From NCBI RefSeq assembly GCF_052103615.1, contig NZ_JBQEKA010000005.1, positions 11,357 to 75,356 of the forward strand: a DNA stretch of 64,000 bases, read 5' to 3'. This DNA comes from Kerstersia sp. (GTDB lineage: Bacteria > Pseudomonadota > Gammaproteobacteria > Burkholderiales > Burkholderiaceae_B). A program made the translations under genes and the position numbers. This document shows, in pieces, positions 40,298 to 49,700 of the stretch (position 1 is its first letter; each line of letters begins with the position of its first letter). A model generated the notes under the pieces. That model was not told the DNA's origin. It saw nothing but the letters and a program-made list of their open reading frames with translations, and did no database searches.

Positions 40298-41310
40298 ACT
40301 CCTCCCCTTCTCTTTCCCCCGCGCTGGCCCTGCGCCGCCAGGGTGCCTGGCGTCTCTGGGAAGCGCCATTCTGGCTGGCGGTATTCCTGCTGCCATGGCT
40401 GGCCAGCGACTATGCCATGCTCATCAATGAGATCGCCATCGTTGCGCTGTTCGCGCTCTCGCTGGACCTGATCCTGGGCTATGCCGGTATCGTCTCGCTG
40501 GGCCACGCCGCCTTCTTTGGCATGGGTGCCTATAGCGCTGGCCTGTTCGCCCTGCATGTGTCCCCGGATCCGCTGCTGGGCCTGGCCTTCGGCACGGTTT
40601 GCGCCTTGCTGCTGGGCCTGCTGTTCAGCCCGTCCATCATGCGCGGCACCGACCTCAGCCGCCTGATGGTCACCATCGGCGTCACACTGATCCTGTACGA
40701 ACTGGCCAACCAGATGGCCTGGCTGACGGGCGGCGCGGATGGCCTGCAAGGCATCTTCATGGGGCCTTTGTTCGGCGCCATTGAATTCGACTTCTACGGC
40801 CAGACCGCCGCCTGGTATTCCATCACCGTCCTGCTATTGATGCTGGCCTTCATGCGCGTGCTGGTGAATTCGCCCTTTGGCGCCACCCTGCAAGCCGTGC
40901 GCGACAACCCCTTGCGCGCCTCTGCCATCGGCATTCCCGTGGCAGCGCGCCTGGCAGTGGCCTATACCCTCTCGGCCGGCATGGCGGGCATGGCGGGTTC
41001 GCTGCTGGCGCAAACCAATGCCTTTGTTTCGCTGGATGTATTCGACTTCGCGCGTTCGGCCGACGTCGTCCTGATTCTGGTGATAGGCGGCGCAGGCTGG
41101 CTCTACGGCGGTATTTTCGGCGCCATCGTCTTCAAGCTGATGCACGATGTGCTCTCGGCCATCACGCCGCAGTACTGGATGTTCTGGCTGGGCCTGTTCC
41201 TGGTGCTCCTGACGCTGGTAGGCCGTGACCGCCTGCTGCGCCCCTGGACCTTGCTGCGCCGCCCTGGCAAGCGCGCCAGCGCCTCGAACGCTGCGGGAGA
41301 AACGCCATGA
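40294..41310 (+). CDS. Branched-chain ABC permease (LivM-like)
   Basis: GYAGIVSLGHAAFFG, SPFGATLQAVRDN. Confidence 0.92.
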   Translation: MNSSPSLSPALALRRQGAWRLWEAPFWLAVFLLPWLASDYAMLINEIAIVALFALSLDLILGYAGIVSLGHAAFFGMGAYSAGLFALHVSPDPLLGLAFGTVCALLLGLLFSPSIMRGTDLSRLMVTIGVTLILYELANQMAWLTGGADGLQGIFMGPLFGAIEFDFYGQTAAWYSITVLLLMLAFMRVLVNSPFGATLQAVRDNPLRASAIGIPVAARLAVAYTLSAGMAGMAGSLLAQTNAFVSLDVFDFARSADVVLILVIGGAGWLYGGIFGAIVFKLMHDVLSAITPQYWMFWLGLFLVLLTLVGRDRLLRPWTLLRRPGKRASASNAAGETP

Positions 41311-42089
41311 GCCATACCACTCCGGACACCGCCCCCGTCGTCTTGCAGGCCGAAGGCCTGGCCAAGAAATTCGGCGGCATCGTTGCCACCAACAACGTCT
41401 CGCTGGCCCTGCGCCGCGGCGCGCGGCATGCGCTCATCGGCCCCAACGGCGCGGGCAAGACCACACTCATCAACCTGCTGACGGGTGTGCTGACACCCAC
41501 CAGCGGCCGTATCCTGCTGGAAGGCGAAGATATCTCCCGCCTGCAGCCCTACAAGCGCGTGCAGCGCGGCCTGGTGCGCACCTTCCAGATCAACCAGCTG
41601 TTCGACCAGTTCACACCGCTGCAAACACTGGCGATGACCCTGAGCCAGCACCGTGGCCTGGGTGCGCGCCTGATTGGCAAACTGGGACGCGACCCCGGCA
41701 TTGCGGAACGCTGCGAGGAACTGCTGCAACGCTTCCACCTGAGCAGCGTGATGCACCAAAGCACACGCACCCTGCCCTACGGCAAGCGCCGCCTGCTGGA
41801 AATTGCCATCGCGCTGGCCTGCGAACCGCGCGTGCTGCTGCTCGACGAACCCGTGGCAGGGGTGCCAGCGGGCGAACGCGAAGAACTGTTGCGCACGGTG
41901 GCGGAACTGCCTGAGGACGTTTCCGTCCTGCTGATCGAACACGACATGGATCTGGTGTTCAGTTTTGCCAAGCGCATGACGGTACTGGTCAACGGCACCG
42001 TTCTCACCGAAGGCTCGCCCGAGGAAATCGCCAACGACCCCGAAGTCAAAGCGGTCTATCTCGGCCATGGAGATGAAGCACATGCCTGA
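41307..42089 (+). CDS. ABC ATP-binding protein (LivG-like)
   Basis: GPNGAGKT, LPYG, LLLDEP, IEHDM. Confidence 0.93.
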   Translation: MSHTTPDTAPVVLQAEGLAKKFGGIVATNNVSLALRRGARHALIGPNGAGKTTLINLLTGVLTPTSGRILLEGEDISRLQPYKRVQRGLVRTFQINQLFDQFTPLQTLAMTLSQHRGLGARLIGKLGRDPGIAERCEELLQRFHLSSVMHQSTRTLPYGKRRLLEIAIALACEPRVLLLDEPVAGVPAGEREELLRTVAELPEDVSVLLIEHDMDLVFSFAKRMTVLVNGTVLTEGSPEEIANDPEVKAVYLGHGDEAHA

Positions 42090-42786
42090 ATTACTGCAAG
42101 TCGAAAACCTGAGCGCAGGCTACGGCGAAGCCATCATCCTGCAGAACCTGAGCTTCACGCTGGCCGAAGGCCATACCCTGGCCTTGCTGGGGCGTAACGG
42201 CACGGGCAAAACCACGCTGATCAGCACCCTGGTCGGCGCGACCCGCCGCCATGCCGGCAGCATTACGCTGGCTGGCGTGCCTGTACACAACCGGCCCTCG
42301 CACGAACGGGCGGCGGCCGGGATAGGCTGGGTGCCGCAGGAACGCAACATTTTCAAATCGCTGACGGTGCACGAAAACCTGACAGCCGTGGCACGCCCCG
42401 GCAAGTGGACGCCGGAACGCATCTACGCCATGTTCCCCAGGCTGGCCGAACGCAAGGAAAGCATGGGCACGCAGCTCTCCGGCGGCGAACAGCAAATGCT
42501 GGCCGTCGGGCGGGCACTGGCACTCAACCCGCGCCTGCTGTTGCTGGACGAACCCCTGGAAGGCTTGGCGCCCATCATCGTCGAGGAACTGCTCAAGGCC
42601 ATCCGCCGCATCACCCGCGAAGAAGGCCTGAGCGCCATCATCGTGGAACAGCACCCGCAGGCGATCCTGGCGATTTCCGACGACGCCATCGTGCTGGACC
42701 GCGGCAGCATCGTGCATCGCGGCGCGGCGCAGGCGTTGAAGGACGATGCGGAACTGCTGGATTCCCTGCTGGGCGTGGCGCGTTAG
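42082..42786 (+). CDS. ABC ATP-binding protein (LivF-like)
   Basis: GRNGTGKTT, LSGGEQQML, LLDEP. Confidence 0.93.
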   Translation: MPELLQVENLSAGYGEAIILQNLSFTLAEGHTLALLGRNGTGKTTLISTLVGATRRHAGSITLAGVPVHNRPSHERAAAGIGWVPQERNIFKSLTVHENLTAVARPGKWTPERIYAMFPRLAERKESMGTQLSGGEQQMLAVGRALALNPRLLLLDEPLEGLAPIIVEELLKAIRRITREEGLSAIIVEQHPQAILAISDDAIVLDRGSIVHRGAAQALKDDAELLDSLLGVAR

Positions 42787-42937
42787 GCCGCCCACAACCC
42801 TCCTGGCCATGAGCTGTCCCCCGACCGGCATGGCCAGGGACATGCCCTATGCACCGGCATAGGCCCCGTCGCCCTGGATTCCCTGGATGGCCACATCCAA
42901 TTCCCTACCGCGATAGAGCAAGGGGTCTTTTGACGAG

Positions 42938-42964
42938 AACGGCGCCAGCAGGCGCCGTTTTTTT
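42938..42964 (+). terminator. Intrinsic terminator
   Basis: AACGGCGCC-AGCA-GGCGCCGTT followed by a T run. Confidence 0.8.
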
Positions 42965-43087
42965 CGCCAGGCATGCGCCACCGGCCGCGAATACCGCTTG
43001 CGGGCATCTGCGCCAGCACCAAGCCGTGGCCTGTCTGACTTTTCCAGGATGTGAAAACCTCTTCTTGACCAGCCCAGTTCAAATACC

Positions 43088-43106
43088 GATAATCACTCTT
43101 ATTCTC
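43088..43106. promoter_or_regulatory. Fur box upstream of the ECF sigma operon
   Basis: GATAATCACTCTTATTCTC; 14/19 match to the Fur consensus when read on the reverse strand. Confidence 0.65.
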
Positions 43107-43282
43107 GATATTCGTGCGTGCGGACGGTATAGATTTGCAAGAACGCGCCCAGCAAGGATCAGCACCGTGCCTTGCCAACGAGGCAGCAGAATGCCTGACT
43201 GGCCTGCTGCAGCTGATCTGCCACCACCGTCCTCCGCCGTCTTCCTGCTTCTTAGTGTTCCTTATCGCGCGAACTTTCCACC

Positions 43283-43810
43283 GTGGCCCCTACAAGCTGG
43301 TTCGGCATAGAACTGTCTTATCTTTACGGCACCCTGCTCGACGGTATCGTCCGGCAGACACGCTGTAGCCATCGCGCGCGCGATATCCTGCACGACGCGC
43401 TGGTGCGCTATGCCACCGCCGCTTCCGCCAGCCACATCGAAACCCCGCACCTGTATTTGCGCCGCATTGTCGGCTCGGCGCTGGCCGACCATTACCGCCT
43501 GGAGCGACGCTATATTGCGCTGCCGGAAGAAGACAGTGACACTGCACTGGTCCGGCAGGGCGAGGCCAGGGTGCCGTCGCCCGAGGAAATCGCCGACATG
43601 CGGCAACGCCTGGCCCAGCTTCAGGCCGTGCTGGAAGCGTTGCCGCCCAAGTGCCGTGAAGTGTTCTGGCTGTTGCGCATCGAAGGCATGAGCCATGAGG
43701 AAATTTCCACGCGCCTGAGCATCAGCCGCAAGACCGTGGAAGGCCATGTGGCGCGCGCCTTGGTGCGGCTGGTCGCGTTGCGGCGCCACATCGGGACGGA
43801 ACACGGATGA
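43283..43810 (+). CDS. ECF sigma factor (FecI/HasI-like)
   Basis: ARDILHDA region 2; LPPKCREVFWLLRIEGMSHEEISTRLSISRKTVE region 4; start uncertain. Confidence 0.9.
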   Translation: MAPTSWFGIELSYLYGTLLDGIVRQTRCSHRARDILHDALVRYATAASASHIETPHLYLRRIVGSALADHYRLERRYIALPEEDSDTALVRQGEARVPSPEEIADMRQRLAQLQAVLEALPPKCREVFWLLRIEGMSHEEISTRLSISRKTVEGHVARALVRLVALRRHIGTEHG

Positions 43811-44787
43811 AGACACCGCTGGAACAGGCCGCGCAGTGGTTCATGCGCCTGCAGCAGTCGCCCGACGACGACTCGCTGCAAGCCTGCTTCGAGCGCTGGA
43901 TCTGGCAGGACCCGGCGCACGCCACCGCCTATCGCGAGGTCTGTCACGCCTGGGATGCCTTTGATTCCGACCAGGCGCTGGGCCGTCTGGCCAGCGCCGC
44001 CACGCGCGCCAGCACGAATCAGGCGCAGCGCCGCAGAACGCTCAAGCATCTTTCCATCGGGGCTGTCTCCATCCTGGCAGTCGGCGGGCTGGCATGGCAG
44101 CGCCAGCGGCCGGATTGGCATGGCCAATGGCAAACGGCCCAGGCTGCCCCGCTGTTAGGCCAGACCTTGCCGGACGGCTCGGTATTCGACCTCGGCCCGG
44201 ACGCCATCCTGCAAGCCAGCTTCCGGCCTGACCTGCGTTCGGCCGAGCTGCCGCAAGGCGCGCTCATTCTTGCTGCGGCGGCAGACGGGCAACGCCCCTG
44301 GCGGCTGCGCAGCCAGAATGTGGACATACAGCTGCAAAATGGCCGCATCGCCATCGACCGCTGGCGCCCGGAACAGATCCGCATCAGCCTGGAACACGGC
44401 CAGGCGACTGCCACCCTGAACGAGCCACGCTGGCTAGGCCTGAGCCGCATTGAGCGCGGCCACTGGCCCTTGCGTGCCGGGCAGGTACTGGACATTCAGG
44501 CAGGACAGGCCCGCTATCTGGATACCCCCGCCACAGACGCCTATGCCTGGCGCGACGGTGTGCTGGTGTTTTCGAATGCCAGTCTGGACGAAATCGCCGC
44601 GCAGCTTTCACGCTATGCCGCCCTGCCCGTCCGCGCTCCGCTGGGCAATGGCGCCATCCCGCGCCAGCCGCGCATTGCCGCCTCGGTGCGCCTCACGGAT
44701 ATCCCCCAGTTCCTCGCCAGCCTGCCCGCGCTAGGCAACATCCGCGTGCGCTCCCTCCCCGACCGCATCGAATTGCTGCCGGTCTAG
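43807..44787 (+). CDS. FecR/HasS-like anti-sigma sensor
   Basis: EQAAQWFMRL (DUF4880-like), one TM segment, LPDGS, AWRDGVLVF; ATGA overlap. Confidence 0.9.
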   Translation: MKTPLEQAAQWFMRLQQSPDDDSLQACFERWIWQDPAHATAYREVCHAWDAFDSDQALGRLASAATRASTNQAQRRRTLKHLSIGAVSILAVGGLAWQRQRPDWHGQWQTAQAAPLLGQTLPDGSVFDLGPDAILQASFRPDLRSAELPQGALILAAAADGQRPWRLRSQNVDIQLQNGRIAIDRWRPEQIRISLEHGQATATLNEPRWLGLSRIERGHWPLRAGQVLDIQAGQARYLDTPATDAYAWRDGVLVFSNASLDEIAAQLSRYAALPVRAPLGNGAIPRQPRIAASVRLTDIPQFLASLPALGNIRVRSLPDRIELLPV

Positions 44788-44986
44788 CTCCCCCGTTTAC
44801 CCGCGGGCAGCCTGCATGGCCTGCCGTGCCGCCGCCTGCCCGAAACGGCAACAGCCCCCGGCACGATCACCAAACCCGCGAAAATTACATTTTGTTTCAT
44901 AGTCAAGCAAGGGTATTTCGCGCCCCCAACCGTCTTTACGGCATTGCCGGCATGCATGGGCTTGCTGGCCATCCCGTGGAGTTTTC

Positions 44987-47542
44987 ATGCGTTCCCTTCT
45001 GATTCCGCTCGCACTCCCTCTGGCTGTCAGCCTGGCGTTACTGGCGCCGGTGACCGCCGAGGCAGCGGACACGGTCGCCAGCACCCGCTTGGTAGATTTC
45101 GACGTTCCCGCCCAAGCGCTGGACCTGGCGCTCAAGGTCGCAGCTGCCCAGGCAGGCCTTTCCGTCGCCGCGGATCAGTCCCTGCTCGGCGGCCGCCGTT
45201 CCGCTCCGCTGCACGGCAGCTATTCCGTCCAGCAAGGCTTCGAACACTTGCTGGCGGGCTCCGGGCTGCGGGTGACTGTCAGCGCCAACCTGGTCGCCAT
45301 CACCCCGCCTCCGGCATCCGCCACGCCCGCCACGGAGCTTGCCCCCGTGCTCGTGACCGGCAATATCAGCGAACGGGCCGAAATTTTTACCACCCCAGAG
45401 ATGCTCTCACGCGTCACGGCGGAAGATCTGCGCCGCCTGCCGCCGCGCAATGCTGCGGATGCACTGGCGAATGTTTCAGGGGTTTACACCAGCCAGGGCC
45501 GCGCGGACCCTGGTGTTTCAGTCAACATCTGGGGCATGCAGGATTTCGGGCGAGTCAATGTCATGGTAGATGGCACGCGGCAGAATTTCCAGCGCAGCGG
45601 GCACGGTTCGAACGGACAGGTGTATGTCGATCCAGCCCTGCTGGCAAGCGTGGATGTCCACAAAGGCCCCAGTTCTACCGTCGGCGGTGCCGGCATGATT
45701 GCCGGTATGGTGAATTTCCGCACACTGGAAATCGAAGACATTCTGCTCCCCGGACAACAAACCGGGGGCCGGATCACAAGCACGACCGGCAGCAACGCCT
45801 ACCACTTCGAAGGCAGTGCAGCGCTGGGGCACCATTTCAATGATGACCTGAACATCATGGCCGTCGTCAGCCGCCGCAATATCGGCGCCTTCCGGCTGGG
45901 CAAACGCAATGGCGTTCCCCAGTACAACAATTCCCCCGACAGCATCCCGGCAGACGAGCCTACCAAAACAACCTGGCAAGACGCCTGGTCCGGATTGGTC
46001 AAACTAGGCTGGCAGCCATCGGCTTCACACCACCTGCAACTGAGCTACATGGGCTTCGACACGAAGTTCGCCAACGGCGGAGATGATGACAGGCTGTCGG
46101 AATCAGGCTCCCCGATTGACGAAGGCCGGTACTCTGTCCGCACGGATACACTCAAGCTGAACTACGATTATCGCCCGGACAACGACTGGATCGACCTCTC
46201 TAGCTCCCTCTACTACACCGGCACCCGCCGCAACGAAGCACGCGTTGTCACCGAAAATAATGCCAGCGGTGCCTATGCCCTGAAATTCGCCACGCATACC
46301 GTGGGCGGCACACTGGAAAACACAGCACTCTTCCAGTACGGCGACTGGGAATTGACGGCACGCACTGGCGGGGAATTTTTCTACGACTGGACCAAGCCCA
46401 GCTACAACGACCACGTGGACGAAGCCTCGCGCGATCCGGCCTGGTATGTCGGCCCGACGCCTGAAGGTAAACGCACAGTAGCCAGCGTTTTCCAGGACGC
46501 TGTGGTGGAATACAAAGACTGGCTGCGCCTGGGCATGGGCCTGCGCCTGGATCATTTCTGGCTCTCTGGCTCCGGGCAGATGTACATGAAAACAATCCGC
46601 AACGAACAAGGGGTGCGGCCATCCTCGACGGCTCTCTACACCAAGTTCGAAGTCGATCGTTCCGCCTATGGCGTCGCGCCAACGCTCTCCCTGGCGCTAA
46701 AGCCCGTTGAGTGGTTACAGGTATTCGCCAATTACGGCCAGGGTTTGCGCCCGCCAGCCATCACTGAAACGTTGATGTACGGGATGCACGTCAACAATAT
46801 GTTCCCGTTCTACCCCAGCCCCGGCCTCAAGGAAGAACGCTCGCGCTCATGGCAGTTCGGCGCCAATCTGAATTTCCTCGGCGTACTGCAAAGCAATGAT
46901 TCTCTACGAGCCAAACTGGCCTGGTTCGATACGCGGGTACGCAATTACATCACCGGAACCTCCATCATGTCTCCGGTGGCAACCGCTGATTGCGGCGGCT
47001 GGATGTGCCCGAATGCCTATGTCAATCTGAACGAACCCGCACGCTTCCGTGGCATAGATTTCCAGGTGGACTACGAGTCGGAGCACATATTCGCCAACCT
47101 GAATCTGACTCGCACCCTGTCACGCCTGAATACCCGGGATTACAACCCCTTCCCGCTAGGCAGCTGGACAGGCTATCCCGACACAACCTTGGGCAATGGC
47201 GACCGAGACAGCAACGGCATGTTCGACATTTTCGCCTCGGAACCACCAAAACTTAAGCTGGGCGTAAGTGGGGGTGTGCGCCTGTTTGACAGCACGCTGG
47301 AACTGGGCGGCCGCTGGCGCTATGAAGAACCGGCGCAGGAATACTCGCAGACCCGCAAAAGCGTGCGTACCGTGCGCCTCTGGGATGCCTGGGCATCCTG
47401 GCACGCCACGCGCAGCCTGCGCCTGAGCCTGTCCGTCGATAACCTGCTGAACGAAAACTACGTCGAACTGGCGGGTTCAGGCGGCGGCTTCAGCTACGGG
47501 CCGGGCCGCACGGTACGCGGCACGCTGGCCTGGCAATTCTGA
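44987..47542 (+). CDS. TonB-dependent transducer/receptor, HasR-like heme family, with N-terminal signalling (STN) domain
   Basis: Signal peptide, FDVPAQALD STN domain, GMQDFGRVNVMVDGTRQNFQRSGHG plug, LRPPAITETL and SPGLKEERS (FRAP/NPNL-like), terminal WQF. Confidence 0.88.
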   Translation: MRSLLIPLALPLAVSLALLAPVTAEAADTVASTRLVDFDVPAQALDLALKVAAAQAGLSVAADQSLLGGRRSAPLHGSYSVQQGFEHLLAGSGLRVTVSANLVAITPPPASATPATELAPVLVTGNISERAEIFTTPEMLSRVTAEDLRRLPPRNAADALANVSGVYTSQGRADPGVSVNIWGMQDFGRVNVMVDGTRQNFQRSGHGSNGQVYVDPALLASVDVHKGPSSTVGGAGMIAGMVNFRTLEIEDILLPGQQTGGRITSTTGSNAYHFEGSAALGHHFNDDLNIMAVVSRRNIGAFRLGKRNGVPQYNNSPDSIPADEPTKTTWQDAWSGLVKLGWQPSASHHLQLSYMGFDTKFANGGDDDRLSESGSPIDEGRYSVRTDTLKLNYDYRPDNDWIDLSSSLYYTGTRRNEARVVTENNASGAYALKFATHTVGGTLENTALFQYGDWELTARTGGEFFYDWTKPSYNDHVDEASRDPAWYVGPTPEGKRTVASVFQDAVVEYKDWLRLGMGLRLDHFWLSGSGQMYMKTIRNEQGVRPSSTALYTKFEVDRSAYGVAPTLSLALKPVEWLQVFANYGQGLRPPAITETLMYGMHVNNMFPFYPSPGLKEERSRSWQFGANLNFLGVLQSNDSLRAKLAWFDTRVRNYITGTSIMSPVATADCGGWMCPNAYVNLNEPARFRGIDFQVDYESEHIFANLNLTRTLSRLNTRDYNPFPLGSWTGYPDTTLGNGDRDSNGMFDIFASEPPKLKLGVSGGVRLFDSTLELGGRWRYEEPAQEYSQTRKSVRTVRLWDAWASWHATRSLRLSLSVDNLLNENYVELAGSGGGFSYGPGRTVRGTLAWQF

Positions 47543-47591
47543 GCCCGCTGCATCCGTTTCCTTTTTCCTCGCACACCACAAAGGTCAGACC

Positions 47592-49511
47592 ATGGCTTTC
47601 CCTTCTATCCATCGCACATTGCCTGGCCCTCGCCGCGCATTGACCCTGGCCTTGCTGGCCGCCATGCCTGATGCCCACGCGCAGTGGGCCGCTGACTTTC
47701 CTGAACTGGAATTCGAGGTTCTGAAACATTTCTCGACCTTGCACTTGGACGGGGCCAAAGAAAAAGCCTACCCCTTCATCCCCCCTGTCGCGGTACAACA
47801 AGACAGCCAAGGCTGGTTCCTGCAAGGCGGCACGATGTACGGCGCAGCCCAGGAAGACATCTCGCGCAAGTACCCCATCTACGGCATGAGCGATGGCCTG
47901 AGCTATCGCCTGGACCTGGATACCGCAGGCGCTGCCACCCGTTACCAGCAATGGGCCGTCCCCACCGGCATAGGCTGGACCAACACGGATTACACGGAAC
48001 TGGGCAGCGGACGTTTCCTGGCCAATGCGCTCCCTCCCCCCATGGGCAGCAAAGGAGACCCGCAACTGGTCGTCCTCGAAAAGGGTCAGTTGAGCCCATG
48101 GCTCCCAACAGGCACGGATACTTATAGCGGCCCCAACAGCGCAACCGGACAATTCGCGCGCGACCCCGATGGCAATATCTATCTTGGGGAATCTATCGCC
48201 ATGGGCAGCACCACCAACCGCAGCTACAGCTACCCGCTGATACGCATCAACGCCGATGGCAGCCGGGAAGTCATCGTCGATTTCGCCAGTTTCCTCGACC
48301 CCGACAGCAAGGCTTACATCAAGGGTGGCGCCCCCACGCAGCTATTCTGGAGCACGCTGGACGACTCCCTGTACATCGGCTCACTGATCACCATCGCCAC
48401 GGCTAGCATGCACTATCCTGGCGTCGCCCCCACAGAAACGGTCACTTCTGTCCTGAGCCGCATTTCCGGTACCGCGCTCCGGCGTGGCAACATCCAGGCC
48501 GACGATATCGAGGTGTTGCACTACTTCCTCAAGGGTTCCGAAGGCACCATCGCCACCAACAGTTCGGAACGCCTATACAGTATTGTCGAAGACGGTGACT
48601 GGCTTTATGGCAACGCCCTGCTCGGTGCCGGGGGCAGCGGCCTGTGGCGGCTGAACCGCAAGACGCCTGAAAATGGCGTCGGCATCATCCTGCTCACGTC
48701 CGTGCTAGATGCCGTCCATGGCACAGACGGCTCACCTCCCAACCTGAATGGCGGCCCCAGCGGCAACAACCTGGGTCTGCTTGCCAAGGCACTGGATGGC
48801 AATATCTATGGCACCACGCTCAAGGACGCCTCGGTAACATCGGCCAACAGCCGGGGCATCATTAGCGCCCAAGGCAAAGGCCTGCTCTACCGTCTGGTGC
48901 CCGGCACCCTGCCCGACCGTTCCGATGACAAACTGGAATGGGTGCGCTACTTCAACGACGATGCCACCAGCCATACCCCCTACGGCCTGCGTGCAGGCCC
49001 GGTCATCGGCAACCAGCAGTGGCTGCTGGGCGTCACCAAGGACGGCACACCCGCAACCGATTGCGGCACCGTCTGCCAAGCCGGCGCTCTGTATGCACTG
49101 AAAATCACCTTGCCTGAAGTCGTGTTCACCCAGGCGCTGCAAACCGACAAGACCCGCTACATCATCGGTGACCAGCCCATCATCAGCTGGGCCACCACAG
49201 GTACGCAACAATGCGAAGCAGGCGGCGGCTGGAGCGGCGCGCAGCTGACCAAGGATCGTATCCAGCTGCCCGCCCTGCAAGCAGCCGGCAACGTGCAATA
49301 CATCCTGACCTGCACCGGCCCGACCGGCAGCAAGATCAGCGAAACCAACATCACGGTCACCGCGTCGGATATCACGCAACCCGTGCCGCCCACCGAAAAA
49401 CAGGTCGTCGATGGTGGTGGCGCCTTGACGCCATCCAAGCTGTTCGGCCTGTTCAGCCTGGCCCTGCTGGCTGGCTTGCGCCAGCGCCGCCTGCGTCGCC
49501 TGCGTCGCTAA
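47592..49511 (+). CDS. Secreted beta-propeller (GloVer-like repeats) + Ig-like domain + GlyGly-CTERM anchor
   Basis: Signal peptide AHA-Q; DGNIYGTT and GGTMYG repeats; W..TG...C...GGW...Y.LTC domain; tail DGGGALTPSKLFGLFSLALLAGLRQRRLRRLRR. Confidence 0.75.
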   Translation: MAFPSIHRTLPGPRRALTLALLAAMPDAHAQWAADFPELEFEVLKHFSTLHLDGAKEKAYPFIPPVAVQQDSQGWFLQGGTMYGAAQEDISRKYPIYGMSDGLSYRLDLDTAGAATRYQQWAVPTGIGWTNTDYTELGSGRFLANALPPPMGSKGDPQLVVLEKGQLSPWLPTGTDTYSGPNSATGQFARDPDGNIYLGESIAMGSTTNRSYSYPLIRINADGSREVIVDFASFLDPDSKAYIKGGAPTQLFWSTLDDSLYIGSLITIATASMHYPGVAPTETVTSVLSRISGTALRRGNIQADDIEVLHYFLKGSEGTIATNSSERLYSIVEDGDWLYGNALLGAGGSGLWRLNRKTPENGVGIILLTSVLDAVHGTDGSPPNLNGGPSGNNLGLLAKALDGNIYGTTLKDASVTSANSRGIISAQGKGLLYRLVPGTLPDRSDDKLEWVRYFNDDATSHTPYGLRAGPVIGNQQWLLGVTKDGTPATDCGTVCQAGALYALKITLPEVVFTQALQTDKTRYIIGDQPIISWATTGTQQCEAGGGWSGAQLTKDRIQLPALQAAGNVQYILTCTGPTGSKISETNITVTASDITQPVPPTEKQVVDGGGALTPSKLFGLFSLALLAGLRQRRLRRLRR

Positions 49512-49519
49512 AGCGCGGC

Positions 49520-49555
49520 GTGGCACGCAGCCGGCCTCTTGCCGCTGCGTGCCAC
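49520..49555 (+). other. Intercistronic GC hairpin without a U tail
   Basis: GTGGCACGCAGC...GCTGCGTGCCAC, 12-bp perfect arms. Confidence 0.6.
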
Positions 49556-49700
49556 CGAACCTCATCACGCCCTCTGCCCCGGAATTCCAGCCATGCCCCG
49601 TCCCTTTCACCCCACTCCGACTACGCCTCCCATGACAAGCCTTACTGTGCATGCGGCGGCCCGGCCGGGCAACCGAGATCAGTCTCGACAACCCGCCAGC

